Assembly (NCBI GenBank): GCA_029262175.1
Contig: JAJCZV010000099.1
Coordinates: 35,561 to 99,560, forward strand
Length of the DNA stretch: 64,000 nt
DNA from: Gemmatimonadota bacterium
Lineage (GTDB): Bacteria; Gemmatimonadota; Gemmatimonadetes; Palauibacterales; Palauibacteraceae
Direction: 5' to 3'
Within the stretch, counting starts at the first letter, position 1; the number at the start of each line of letters is the position of its first letter. This document shows positions 1-9,277 of this stretch, one piece after another. The notes under the pieces are model-generated. The model ran no database searches and had not been told where the DNA came from. It saw nothing but the letters and a program-made list of their open reading frames with translations. Made by a program: the position numbers and the translations under genes.

Positions 1-2109
1 AGCGCCACGGACGGCCCGGCTCCGGATGTCCACCCAGCCGTTCAAATCGCTCAGACCGTGGCGCCGGCTGGGGACGAGACCGTGGCGCCGGCTGGGCACG
101 AGACCGCTGCGCCAGCAGTCGACGAGAGCGACTTGGTTCCCGAACTCCAGGTGAAGGTCGGCACGACCCTGTTGTATGTCGACTTGGTGCCTGTCCCCTC
201 GAGCACGGCCATCGATGAGCTTGCGGATCGACTCTTTCGAGCGGACGTGGAGGAGCTCTCCTTTCGTGCGAACACCGGTCCCACGGAGATCGCGCGCTTC
301 TGCCGGCGTCTCGCGAGCTGGGATCGCGGACGAGGGAACTACGATTTCTTCTCTGAGGCGATCGCGGAGCTCGGGATCACCGGAATCGGCGTGCGATGCA
401 CCGAGCGGTTGGATGTCCTCGACTTCGATGTCCTGCCGTCCGGGCAGCTAGAGAGCCTTCGGGTGGAGCAAAGTCATCGCGACTCCCGACGAGACGATCT
501 TGAAGTGTCGCTTCAAAAGGCGTGGGTACGAGTCGACACGGACTGTCCGCTCGACCCAATCGACATGCTCGACCTCGCCTTCCTCGTCGACAGCCAGGCG
601 GACCTCGCGCAGATGCTGCTCGGGATGGCCCGAGGCGAGGGACCGTCGGTCGGCGCGCCGGTCGCTCTGCGCCAAACGGTCTCCGAGCTGGTCCACCTCT
701 ATAGCGGCTTGAGCGAATCGGTGGCCGAGGAACGGTTCGCCACTCTGGCAGCCACGTTGATGGAGCTCGAGCCGGAGGCACGTCGCACGCTCACCCGAGA
801 CGTGCTCCTGCCGGACCTTTTGCAGAGCGGGAAAGCGGCTGCCGTGCTTCGCATGCTCCCGGACGGGGAGATCGTCGAGGCGATCCGCACCCTCGTCGAC
901 CTCGACGTGGGAGGCGCGGGACTGGTGGGCCTCGCGCTCGAGCGGCTCGAGCTTTCCGGGGAACGCCTCGGGACGATGACCCGATCGATGAGCGACAGTC
1001 TGCGACTCGCTCCCCAGCCGGGATCGGCATTGGGAGCGCCTGGCGTCGCGAGTCAACCGACATCCCAGATTCGGCTTGAGTCGGACCACACGGTGCTACG
1101 CGACATGCGCCAGTTGGCCGCCCACGACCTGGGCGTAGACGCGGAGACGGCCAAACAGCTGCGAGCCGTGCGCGACGGCGTGAGCGCAATCGACGAAGCC
1201 GCCGAGCGGCTGCGATGCGTGCTGCTGCTGCTCCCACATATTCGAAATCCAGATCGCGCCACCGAGGTTCTGGCTTCGGTCACGGATCTGCTGCGGCCTC
1301 TTCTTTGGGAGAAGCCTCTGATCGCCGCCGAGCGCATCGCTCAGTTGCTCGATATCGCCAATCGATTGGACGGACTCGACCCGGAAGTCGGTGCCGCGAT
1401 CAAACACGTGGTCGGCGACCTGCTCGACGCGAACTACATCCAATTCCAGGCCGAGCGCTGGCGCGACGCAGGGAAGAGCGATGAAACCGTAACGCAACTT
1501 CTCACCGCGTTGGGACCGACCGCGACCGCGGCGTTTCACGACGTGCTCGAAGAGGCGAGCGATCGACAGATTCGTCGAACGATCTTGACGTTTATGTGCG
1601 CACACGCAGAAGTCTTCGCAGAAAGCCTCTACGATCATCTGGCCGACGCTCGCTGGACGGTCGTGCGCAACTCTGTCCGCGTACTCGGCTTCGCGGCTCC
1701 CGGCGGTGAGGCGGCGGTCGCGAAGTTGCTTGGACACAGCGAGAAGCGCGTGATCCGGGAAGCATTCTTGGCATTGAGTCGAATCGGGACGCCGCGGGCG
1801 GCCGAAGAAATCCTTGGCCAGCTCGAGGCCTCCGACCCACGGAGGCGGGAGATGGCAGAAGATGCCATCAGAAGGTTCCCGGTTGCCGAAGGCGAGAAGC
1901 TGACCGGTCGATTGTTGTCGAAGCCGGAGTTCTACCAAGACCGACCGCAGGTCGCTCGCGCGTTGATCGAACGGTTCATGAACCCCCCATCTCGAGAGGG
2001 TGCGGACTTGCTTCGCCCCCTACTCGGGTTGCGCCTGTGGTTTTGGAAACCGGCGTTGTGTCGTCTCGGGTGGGCGGCAAGCGCGGCGTTGAGCGGAGGA
2101 GGGAAGTGA
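1..2109 (+). CDS. HEAT-repeat (PBS-lyase-like) protein, 5' partial. The frame is open from base 1. N-terminus carries octapeptide repeats TVAPAG(D/H)E
   Basis: 683-aa ORF continuing in-frame to the window edge. C-terminal half shows HEAT/PBS-lyase-like repeats (VRVLGFAAPGGEAAVAKLLGHSEKRVIREAFLALSRIGTPRAAEEIL). The stop overlaps the next start as ATGA. Confidence 0.6.
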   Translation, partial: SATDGPAPDVHPAVQIAQTVAPAGDETVAPAGHETAAPAVDESDLVPELQVKVGTTLLYVDLVPVPSSTAIDELADRLFRADVEELSFRANTGPTEIARFCRRLASWDRGRGNYDFFSEAIAELGITGIGVRCTERLDVLDFDVLPSGQLESLRVEQSHRDSRRDDLEVSLQKAWVRVDTDCPLDPIDMLDLAFLVDSQADLAQMLLGMARGEGPSVGAPVALRQTVSELVHLYSGLSESVAEERFATLAATLMELEPEARRTLTRDVLLPDLLQSGKAAAVLRMLPDGEIVEAIRTLVDLDVGGAGLVGLALERLELSGERLGTMTRSMSDSLRLAPQPGSALGAPGVASQPTSQIRLESDHTVLRDMRQLAAHDLGVDAETAKQLRAVRDGVSAIDEAAERLRCVLLLLPHIRNPDRATEVLASVTDLLRPLLWEKPLIAAERIAQLLDIANRLDGLDPEVGAAIKHVVGDLLDANYIQFQAERWRDAGKSDETVTQLLTALGPTATAAFHDVLEEASDRQIRRTILTFMCAHAEVFAESLYDHLADARWTVVRNSVRVLGFAAPGGEAAVAKLLGHSEKRVIREAFLALSRIGTPRAAEEILGQLEASDPRRREMAEDAIRRFPVAEGEKLTGRLLSKPEFYQDRPQVARALIERFMNPPSREGADLLRPLLGLRLWFWKPALCRLGWAASAALSGGGK
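58..129 (+). repeat. Tandem 24-nt coding repeat: accgtggcgccggctggggacgag x2 plus a degenerate third copy
   Basis: Direct repeat visible at 58-81 and 82-105, with a diverged copy at 106-129. It encodes TVAPAGDE/TVAPAGHE/TAAPAVDE. Confidence 0.7.
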
Positions 2110-3824
2110 TGGCGGTCAAAGATGCGAATCGGGCGGCACCGCTCGCGGTTCTGAAGGCGTTTACCGCGCTCAGGCGGAGCATGTCGCTCTATCCCGACGG
2201 GCACGCGGTTATCGGCCAGAGCGCAGCGGAGCTTCAGCGTGCCGTCGCGCGCGGTCTAAACGAGGGTGGTCGTCTCCGCTTCGACATCATCGGCGGCACG
2301 GCGCACGTCGACGGATATCCGTTTCGAATCGAGAGTCAGGCAAACAGAGAACTCATCGAAGAGTTGGAGAAGGTGGGGGTCGACTGTCTTCAAATCGAAG
2401 AGGGCGTGGACTCCGAGCAGCTCGTCGCCGCCGCGCAACTCATCAACGAGGTGCGCGAGCGCAACGATGGACCAGTGTCGCTGCGTGAGAAGCTCCTGGA
2501 GCGCGAGGTCACTCACCTCAGCATGTCCAAGTTGCTTCCCGTTGGGATGCACCGCGGAAACGCGGATCAGATTCCGGCCCAACCTCCAGCGCCCAGAGAT
2601 TCCGGTTACGCTGAAGCGTTGGAATCGGCGCGCGAGACCGTGGGGGCGGTGTTCGAGGGAGGCTCCCCCGACGCCGACGCCGTCCGCGTGCTTCTCGACC
2701 GGCTCGGGGATCAGATCGTTGATCGTAAGAGCGCGCTCGCCGAGATTTTGGCGGTCAAACGATATGAGAACCATACCTACTATCACTCGGTCAACGTGGC
2801 GTCGCTTTCCGTGCTGTTGGGTCGCCGGCTCGGCCTCCCCGAAGAGATCTTGGAAGTCCTCGCGGAGGGGGCACTCCTCCATGACATCGGCAAGCGTTCC
2901 ATCCCGACCGAGATCATCAACAAACCGGGACCGCTGAACCGGCGCGAGTGGCGGATCATGAAGCGTCACCCGGCCCTTGGCGCGGAAATGCTCGCGACGA
3001 ACGCCGGCTTTTCACCGTTGTCGGCCACGATTGCGCTCGAACACCACCGACATTTCGGCCAGGGCGGCTATCCCGACCTCGGCGAGAACAAGCCGCACCT
3101 CATGTCTCAAATCGTGGCCGTCACCGACACCTATGAGGCGCTCACCGGCGCGCGCACCTATCGGGCACCTCTGATTCCGGACGAAGCCTGTCTGATCCTG
3201 GCGAGCATGGCGGGTGACAAGCTCAACCCCGCGTTGGTTCGGGCGTTCGTGAGTCTCGTGACCTTCTTCCCGTTGGGATCCGTCGTCAGCACGTCACGCG
3301 GCGAGATTGGTGTTGTGGTGGACACGGCCGAGCGTGAGCCGCTGCACCCGACGATCTTCACGATCGACCATCCGCAGTCCACCGGTCGCTCCGGCGTCCG
3401 AATGAACACCGCGGAGCGAGATCACTCCGGCGCTTACATGCGACACATCGTCGATGCACTCCCCGAGAGAGCGCCGGCGCTGCCCCCCGAGGTGTGGGAG
3501 TCGGGCAAGGGCACCACGGTTCCGGTCGAACGGCCGATAGATCCGCTGACGCCGGTCGTCCCAGCGACGGCGGCCGCAATCCCGTCCGGCGCAGCGGACG
3601 TCCCGTACGTGCCGGAGCAAGAGGTGTTCGAGGCGGCCATGGACGGGTCGGCCATGGAAGGCTCCGGCGGCGACGGCCAGTCGCCCGCACTTGCAGCGGA
3701 ATCGGCGGTCGCGACGGCCGATCCTGAACCCGTTGATGCGGAACAAAGTCAAAAGAAGCGAAAGAAGAAGGGGAAAGGGAAGCGACGCGGGCGACCCAAG
3801 CGGAAGCGTCGACGCTCCAGCTAG
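2109..3824 (+). CDS. HD-GYP domain c-di-GMP phosphodiesterase-like protein with lysine/arginine-rich C-terminal tail
   Basis: Motifs HDIGK and HHRHFGQGGYPD sit within a YYHSVNVA...LHDIGK...HHRHFG block, typical of HD-GYP. The ATG at 2109 overlaps the upstream TGA. C-terminus is KKRKKKGKGKRRGRPKRKRRRSS. Confidence 0.8.
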   Translation: MAVKDANRAAPLAVLKAFTALRRSMSLYPDGHAVIGQSAAELQRAVARGLNEGGRLRFDIIGGTAHVDGYPFRIESQANRELIEELEKVGVDCLQIEEGVDSEQLVAAAQLINEVRERNDGPVSLREKLLEREVTHLSMSKLLPVGMHRGNADQIPAQPPAPRDSGYAEALESARETVGAVFEGGSPDADAVRVLLDRLGDQIVDRKSALAEILAVKRYENHTYYHSVNVASLSVLLGRRLGLPEEILEVLAEGALLHDIGKRSIPTEIINKPGPLNRREWRIMKRHPALGAEMLATNAGFSPLSATIALEHHRHFGQGGYPDLGENKPHLMSQIVAVTDTYEALTGARTYRAPLIPDEACLILASMAGDKLNPALVRAFVSLVTFFPLGSVVSTSRGEIGVVVDTAEREPLHPTIFTIDHPQSTGRSGVRMNTAERDHSGAYMRHIVDALPERAPALPPEVWESGKGTTVPVERPIDPLTPVVPATAAAIPSGAADVPYVPEQEVFEAAMDGSAMEGSGGDGQSPALAAESAVATADPEPVDAEQSQKKRKKKGKGKRRGRPKRKRRRSS

Positions 3825-3852
3825 TCGACGTGTCCCCGAAGATCCGTCAGGC

Positions 3853-4626
3853 TCATGAGGTCCGTCGATGGATATGGTGCACGCTGCGTTGATCGGTCGC
3901 CAGCAGCTGAAGTTCCGATACGTTCACGTGGGGCGGAGCGTTTACCACAAACGAAACGGCCTCCGCGATGTCTCGGCCGGTCAAAGGATCGAGGCCGTCG
4001 TACACCGCCTCTGCGCGCGCCTCGTCTCCTTCGAACCGGACCAGTGAAAACTCGGTCTCGGCGAGACCCGGGCTCACCGAAGAGACGCGGATCGACGTGC
4101 CGAGTAAATCGATGCTGGTCCCCTCAGTGATCGCTCGGACGGCAAACTTGCTCGCACAATAGACGCCGCCGCTGGGGTACACCTGCGATCCCGCGATACT
4201 TCCGATGTTCACGATGTGCCCCGCGTCTCGCTCCACCATGGCGGGCAGAAATGCGCGCGTGACAAACAGAAGCCCCTTGACATTCGTGTCGATCATGCGG
4301 TCCCAGTCATCGAGTTCGCCCTCGTGGATCGGGGCCAGCCCCGCGCCCAGTCCGGCGTTGTTCACGAGGATGTCCGGAACCCGTCCCGCGAGGGTCGCCG
4401 CCGCTTCGGAGAACACCGCGTCGCGGTCCCGCACGTCGACGCTCGCGATCCGAACTTCTACGTCGAATTCACGCGCGAGTCGATCGCCGAGCGCCCGAAG
4501 CCGATCTTCTCGCCGCGCCCACAAGATCAGATCCGCGCCGTCTCGAGCGAGCAGTTCGGCGCACGCTGCGCCGATTCCCGAACTCGCACCCGTGACGAGC
4601 GCGAGCTTTCCCCGAATCCGGCTCAC
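3853..4626 (-). CDS. Short-chain dehydrogenase/reductase (SDR) family NAD(P)-dependent oxidoreductase
   Basis: TGASSGIG Rossmann motif, NNAG, and a Y...K catalytic region (YCASKFAV). The GTG start at 4626 overlaps the upstream peptidase stop as GTGA. Confidence 0.8.
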   Translation of the reverse strand: MSRIRGKLALVTGASSGIGAACAELLARDGADLILWARREDRLRALGDRLAREFDVEVRIASVDVRDRDAVFSEAAATLAGRVPDILVNNAGLGAGLAPIHEGELDDWDRMIDTNVKGLLFVTRAFLPAMVERDAGHIVNIGSIAGSQVYPSGGVYCASKFAVRAITEGTSIDLLGTSIRVSSVSPGLAETEFSLVRFEGDEARAEAVYDGLDPLTGRDIAEAVSFVVNAPPHVNVSELQLLATDQRSVHHIHRRTS

Positions 4627-6734
4627 GGATTGTCGGTCGTCGTCGCAGGAGCCCCGAGCCGCTGATCCATAAAGCTCGCCGCGGCCTCGAAGGCCGCCAG
4701 CCAATTCCGGTGCAGCAGGAACCCGTGGACTTCGTCGGGAAAGACGAGTTGCTCGACCTCTACACCGCGGGTCCGCAACGCCTCGATCAGATCGACCGAT
4801 TCCGAGAACGGCACGTTGCGATCGTCATCTCCGTGGATCAGGAGGACGGGGGAGCGCCACCCGTCTATCCAAGCCATCGGCGAGGATCGGTAGGCCAAAC
4901 GCGCAAACTCCTCCCGCGCCTCGGCCTGATACGAGGGCACGAAGTTGCGAATGACCTCGTTCCAATCGTGTACGCCGTGGACGTCGACGCCGGCAGCGAA
5001 CAAGTCGGAGTTTCGAGCCAAGCCCAGCGCCGTCAAGTACCCGCCATAAGATCCGCCCCAAAGACCGATACGTCTGGCATCGACATCATCTCTCGCCCCG
5101 AGAAACTTTCCGGCCGCAACGACATCGCGGTACTCGCTGGCTCCGCGCGCGCCGTAATCGAGCGCTTCGCGGAAATCCAAGCCGTAGCCGACGCCGCTGC
5201 GATAGTTGACGGAGAGGACGACGTACCCGCGGCTCGCTAGATATTGATTGAGCGCATAGGCGTTGTGGTAGTAGCGAAGGTAGTGCCACCCGAGAAGCAT
5301 CTGTCTTCTCGAACCACCGTGAAAGAAGATCGCGGCGGGTCGCTGCTCGGCGCTCGCACCGGGCGGGAGAAAAAGTTGTCCGTGGATCTCGAGCCCGTCT
5401 TCCGATGTGAACACGACCTGTTGTGGCTCGACCAGCGCGCTGTGCGGGAACTGCGCGGGCATGAACCCCGCGACCATCGGGCGGCGTCCCTCTGTCGTCG
5501 CTACTTCGGCGTGCGCCGGCGTGGTACCGTCGGAGGCGATGAAGGCCACGGTGGATCCGTCGCGCCCGATCGCTGGGCCCCACTCGAGCCCCGATCCCGA
5601 CGTCACCGACTCGGGCGCTCCGCCTGGTGATACGCGCCATAGGTGCCGTCGATCGATGTCGTCTGCGTTCGAAGAAAAGTAGACGGTCTGGCGGTCGCTC
5701 GAGAGCGTTACGTGTTCCACCTCGGATTCGCCGGGCGAAAGCGCGACGGCAGACCCACCGGCAACAGGCACCGCGTAGAGGCGGACCCAGCCGTCACGCT
5801 CCCACGGGAACACGAGGTGTCCCGACGCGGTCCACGATAGTTGCGGCCCGGAGATCCCATGGAAGGCGCTTCCGGGGCCGGCGCTCGCCCGCCAAACCTC
5901 TCGACTGCTGCCATCCGCCGGGTTTGCGATTCGAATCGACCAGGGCAGGGAGGCGCGGACGGGGGCAAAGGGAAGTCGAGCCCCCACGTTCGGAATCCTG
6001 AGAAACGCGATCTCCTGGCCGTCGGCGGACCACACCGGCGAGGCGTCGCGGTCGAGACTCGGGTCCAGATAGGTCACGTCCTGATCCTCAAGCTCGAAGA
6101 TGCCGACGAACGCGTGATCGCCGCGATTGCTCACGAACGCGAGGCGATCGCCGGACGGCGACCACATCAGGTTGCTGGCGCTCCCCCGGATCTGGAGCAG
6201 GGGGGCGACCGTCGGCTCGCCTACGAGCGTCACGGAGTGGATCTGCCCACGGCTCAAGAAGGCCACGCTTCGGCCGTCGGGCGCGACGGCCGGCGCATTG
6301 CCCCTCGCCAGCAAACGACTGCCGCCAGCCAGGGATGCGATCCATAGCTCCCGTTCGATGGCCACGGGCTCGGATGTGGGGTTGGGGATTTCACCGGCGC
6401 GGTTGGGAGCTCCTCCGCGGACGAAGACGACGCTCTTGCCGTCGGGCGTGAAGCGGAGCGCGGCGAGATCCTGTCCGTCGTCGTCAGACCAGTCGGTAAT
6501 CTGCCGACCGACGAAGGCCGGGCCCTCGGCGATCCAGATGTTCCGGGCGCCCCGGTCGTAGCGAATCCAAGCGAAGGCCGACCCGCTCGGTGCGGATACG
6601 ATGTCGGTTGCGAAGGGTGCCGCGAGGATGTCGTCGAGTGAGTACGGGGCTTGAGCAGCCAGCGGCGCGGCAAGAAAAACAGCGACGAACGTCGCAAACA
6701 GCAGCCATCGATTCACGCGCCTACGTCCCGTCAT
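4623..6734 (-). CDS. S9 family serine peptidase (prolyl oligopeptidase/acylaminoacyl-peptidase type) with N-terminal beta-propeller and signal peptide
   Basis: Signal peptide MTGRRRVNRWLLFATFVAVFLAAPLAAQA. WD/TolB-like propeller repeats. C-terminal alpha/beta hydrolase with GGSYGGYL nucleophile motif and a D...H pair. Start is 1 nt after the GNAT stop. Confidence 0.8.
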   Translation of the reverse strand: MTGRRRVNRWLLFATFVAVFLAAPLAAQAPYSLDDILAAPFATDIVSAPSGSAFAWIRYDRGARNIWIAEGPAFVGRQITDWSDDDGQDLAALRFTPDGKSVVFVRGGAPNRAGEIPNPTSEPVAIERELWIASLAGGSRLLARGNAPAVAPDGRSVAFLSRGQIHSVTLVGEPTVAPLLQIRGSASNLMWSPSGDRLAFVSNRGDHAFVGIFELEDQDVTYLDPSLDRDASPVWSADGQEIAFLRIPNVGARLPFAPVRASLPWSIRIANPADGSSREVWRASAGPGSAFHGISGPQLSWTASGHLVFPWERDGWVRLYAVPVAGGSAVALSPGESEVEHVTLSSDRQTVYFSSNADDIDRRHLWRVSPGGAPESVTSGSGLEWGPAIGRDGSTVAFIASDGTTPAHAEVATTEGRRPMVAGFMPAQFPHSALVEPQQVVFTSEDGLEIHGQLFLPPGASAEQRPAAIFFHGGSRRQMLLGWHYLRYYHNAYALNQYLASRGYVVLSVNYRSGVGYGLDFREALDYGARGASEYRDVVAAGKFLGARDDVDARRIGLWGGSYGGYLTALGLARNSDLFAAGVDVHGVHDWNEVIRNFVPSYQAEAREEFARLAYRSSPMAWIDGWRSPVLLIHGDDDRNVPFSESVDLIEALRTRGVEVEQLVFPDEVHGFLLHRNWLAAFEAAASFMDQRLGAPATTTDNP

Positions 6735-6735
6735 C

Positions 6736-7533
6736 TCAGGTCCTTCGCAGGAAGTAGTAGCTGCGCTCCGCACTCTCGTCGCGATGTAGACTTTGAACGG
6801 CATAACCCCTCCTGAGATATGTCATGAACGCGTGTCTCACCGTTTGTCGCCACTGGACGAGTTCACCCTCCGACACCGATGGTGTTGCCAGGTCCGAAGG
6901 CACCTCGATCCAGACCTCGTCCCCGCCCGGTAGATCGAGTTCGCCAGCCATCGACGGACGTTCGACCACGGACTCCTCGTCGAGTCTCCTCGACGGCGCC
7001 CGCACGTTGGCCTCGTCGATGGCCCATTTGACGCGTTTGCTGTCGAGCTCCCATCGCGTGATGAACCGGTCGGTTTCTCCACCGGCGTGCAAGGGGCTTC
7101 CCGTGTCGCCGCCATACATGTTTGGCACGTAGCGAACGATCGTGGCGCCGAGTCGGTTGAGGTTGAGGTGCGCATTCGCCGCAACCATCGGATCGAATGT
7201 CCAGAACACCGTTTCGATACCGCGCTGCAGAAGCTCCTGACGCTGGAACAGCTTGAGGCGTCTGCCCAACCCTCTCCCGCGCGAGTCGGGGTGGACGGCA
7301 AGCATGTGCGACCAGTGCATCGCGGAGCCTTCGAAGGCGCCTGCGAGCGAGTAGACAAAACCGATCATGGCTTCGCCCTCGAACGCGCCGGCGAGCAGTC
7401 CACCCACTTTCTGCGAAACCTGGAGTAACGACCTCGGGACGACATCGGAAAAGGTCTCTCCCCAGGTCGCGCGCTGGAGGCCGACGCACTCTTGAAAATC
7501 CGCGAGTGATTCCAGGTGTCGGAATTCGACCAT
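6736..7533 (-). CDS. GNAT family N-acyltransferase (acetyl/succinyl-transferase-like)
   Basis: GNAT motif A (HPDSRGRGLGRRL) and acyl-CoA binding-like region. Located immediately downstream of, and coupled to, the NSAR/OSBS gene. Confidence 0.65.
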   Translation of the reverse strand: MVEFRHLESLADFQECVGLQRATWGETFSDVVPRSLLQVSQKVGGLLAGAFEGEAMIGFVYSLAGAFEGSAMHWSHMLAVHPDSRGRGLGRRLKLFQRQELLQRGIETVFWTFDPMVAANAHLNLNRLGATIVRYVPNMYGGDTGSPLHAGGETDRFITRWELDSKRVKWAIDEANVRAPSRRLDEESVVERPSMAGELDLPGGDEVWIEVPSDLATPSVSEGELVQWRQTVRHAFMTYLRRGYAVQSLHRDESAERSYYFLRRT

Positions 7534-7534
7534 G

Positions 7535-8668
7535 TCAGACCGCTGCCGTGTCGGGGGCGAACGTTTCGGACTTGAGCGTCAGCGACTCGACCCGATCGAC
7601 GTCTACCTCGACGCCCAGTCCGGGAGATCGCGGCACGTTTACAAAGCCGTCCTCGCTCATCGTCCACTCTGGAGTGACGATGTCTTGTGCCCAGTACCGT
7701 GCGCTCGGTGAAAGGTCCCCCGGCAGAAGGAAGTTGGGGAGCGAAGCCAGCGCCACGTTGTATGCGCGGCCGATCCCACTCTCGAGCATGCCGCCGCACC
7801 ACACCGGGACACCGGCCGCTTGCGCGACGTCGTGTATTCCGATCGAGTTGAGAAACCCGCCGACGCGGCCCGGTTTGATGTTGACGATTCTGCCCGCTTC
7901 CATCGACAGCATGTCTTCTGCGCTGGCGATATCGATGATCGATTCGTCCAGGCATATGGGCGTGTTCAGTTGCTCTTGCAGTCGCGCGTGTCGATACAGG
8001 TCGCCCGCGGCGAGGGGCTGCTCGATCATGATCAGATCGAATGCGTCCAGTTCGGCCAGCGTCTTCGCGTCGGCCAGCGTGTATGCGGCGTTCGCATCGA
8101 CGGCGAGATCTTGATCGGGGCCGAGTGCCTCTCTCACCGCGCGGACGAAATCGATATCCAGACCCGGGCTGATCTTGAGCTTCACCTTTCGGTATCCCTC
8201 GTCGACGGCCGCCTGCGCTTTGGCCGCAAGCGCAGCGGGCGAATCCTGGATCCCGATCGAAATCCCCGTCGCGACGGTGTCTCGCTCGCCGCCGATCCGC
8301 TGGGACAGCGAAACCCCCTGCGCTTGGGCGGACAGACCCCAGAACCCCATCTCGATGGCGGCCTTCGCCATGGGGTGCCCCTGCACACCGTCGTTTAGGA
8401 GATCGCGGACTGCTTCCGGTCCCGCGATCTCCACGCCCAAGACGCGCGGCAGGAGCCATTCGCGTAGGGCCAGCCGTGCGGTGTCGACCGTCTCCGCGGA
8501 GTAGTTCGGGCGGGATCCGCACACGCATTCCGACCAGCTCGTGACGCCGTCTTCATCCTCGAGTTCGAGAAGCAGGATCCGGCGGACGTCCATCCATCCC
8601 GACGAAATGACAAACGGCTCGCGCAGGGAGAGTTCGATTTCCCGGAGTTTGATCTGAGTGACGCGCAT
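7535..8668 (-). CDS. Enolase-superfamily o-succinylbenzoate synthase / N-succinyl(acyl)amino acid racemase family enzyme
   Basis: MR/MLE subgroup motifs: KVKLKI (KxK), DANAAY, MIEQP, CLDESI metal ligands. Length about 377 aa. No men genes are adjacent, but a GNAT is, which favours an NSAR-like role. Confidence 0.8.
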   Translation of the reverse strand: MRVTQIKLREIELSLREPFVISSGWMDVRRILLLELEDEDGVTSWSECVCGSRPNYSAETVDTARLALREWLLPRVLGVEIAGPEAVRDLLNDGVQGHPMAKAAIEMGFWGLSAQAQGVSLSQRIGGERDTVATGISIGIQDSPAALAAKAQAAVDEGYRKVKLKISPGLDIDFVRAVREALGPDQDLAVDANAAYTLADAKTLAELDAFDLIMIEQPLAAGDLYRHARLQEQLNTPICLDESIIDIASAEDMLSMEAGRIVNIKPGRVGGFLNSIGIHDVAQAAGVPVWCGGMLESGIGRAYNVALASLPNFLLPGDLSPSARYWAQDIVTPEWTMSEDGFVNVPRSPGLGVEVDVDRVESLTLKSETFAPDTAAV

Positions 8669-8838
8669 GTAGACTCAACCAGTTGTTGGTAAACAACTTA
8701 GGGGTCACAATGTGGGCCGGCCTGCGACCCCGGACCCTACGACAAACTGCACGCGAGATCTCCGGGGCGCGACCGGCCGTCCCGAGAAGCGGCGCCCAAC
8801 CGTTCAAAAGGAGGAAGCATTAAAACGGAGACCGAGAG

Positions 8839-9231
8839 ATGAAGAGACGTTTCGTTCTGAGAACCACCGTGCTCGTGGCCGCTGGCATGGGGGCGGCGTG
8901 TGGCGCGTCGATTCTGGGCGTGGATCCGAACACCGGATTGTCCGTCGTCGTCTCCAGGGGTCCCCTGCAGCCAGTGGCGATGGAGGGGGAGACCAACGAC
9001 GAGCCCGTGCCCGGCGCTGCGGTGCGAATAAGCGCGACGGAAGGCGGGGGCGCGGAGGAAGTCCGGACCGGCACTGATGGCACGGCCAGAATCCTCGTCC
9101 GGCCGGGCCGATATCGAGTCAAGGTGACGGAGTGCCCCGGTGCGCTGGCGCTACCCGGAGACGCCGTAATCGACGTCGAAGTCGGGAGCTTTGCGCCGGT
9201 CGCTTTGAGTTGCGACACGGGAATTCGCTAG
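8839..9231 (+). CDS. Small secreted/lipoprotein with carboxypeptidase-regulatory-like (CarbopepD_reg) domain
   Basis: Signal peptide with GAAC lipobox-like cysteine. Motif TDGTARI...PGRYRVKV typical of CarbopepD_reg folds. Good RBS (aaggagga) upstream. Confidence 0.5.
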   Translation: MKRRFVLRTTVLVAAGMGAACGASILGVDPNTGLSVVVSRGPLQPVAMEGETNDEPVPGAAVRISATEGGGAEEVRTGTDGTARILVRPGRYRVKVTECPGALALPGDAVIDVEVGSFAPVALSCDTGIR

Positions 9232-9277
9232 ACGTCGCTCGATCCCCCGGCATCGATGGGAGGACAGGGGTTGGCCA

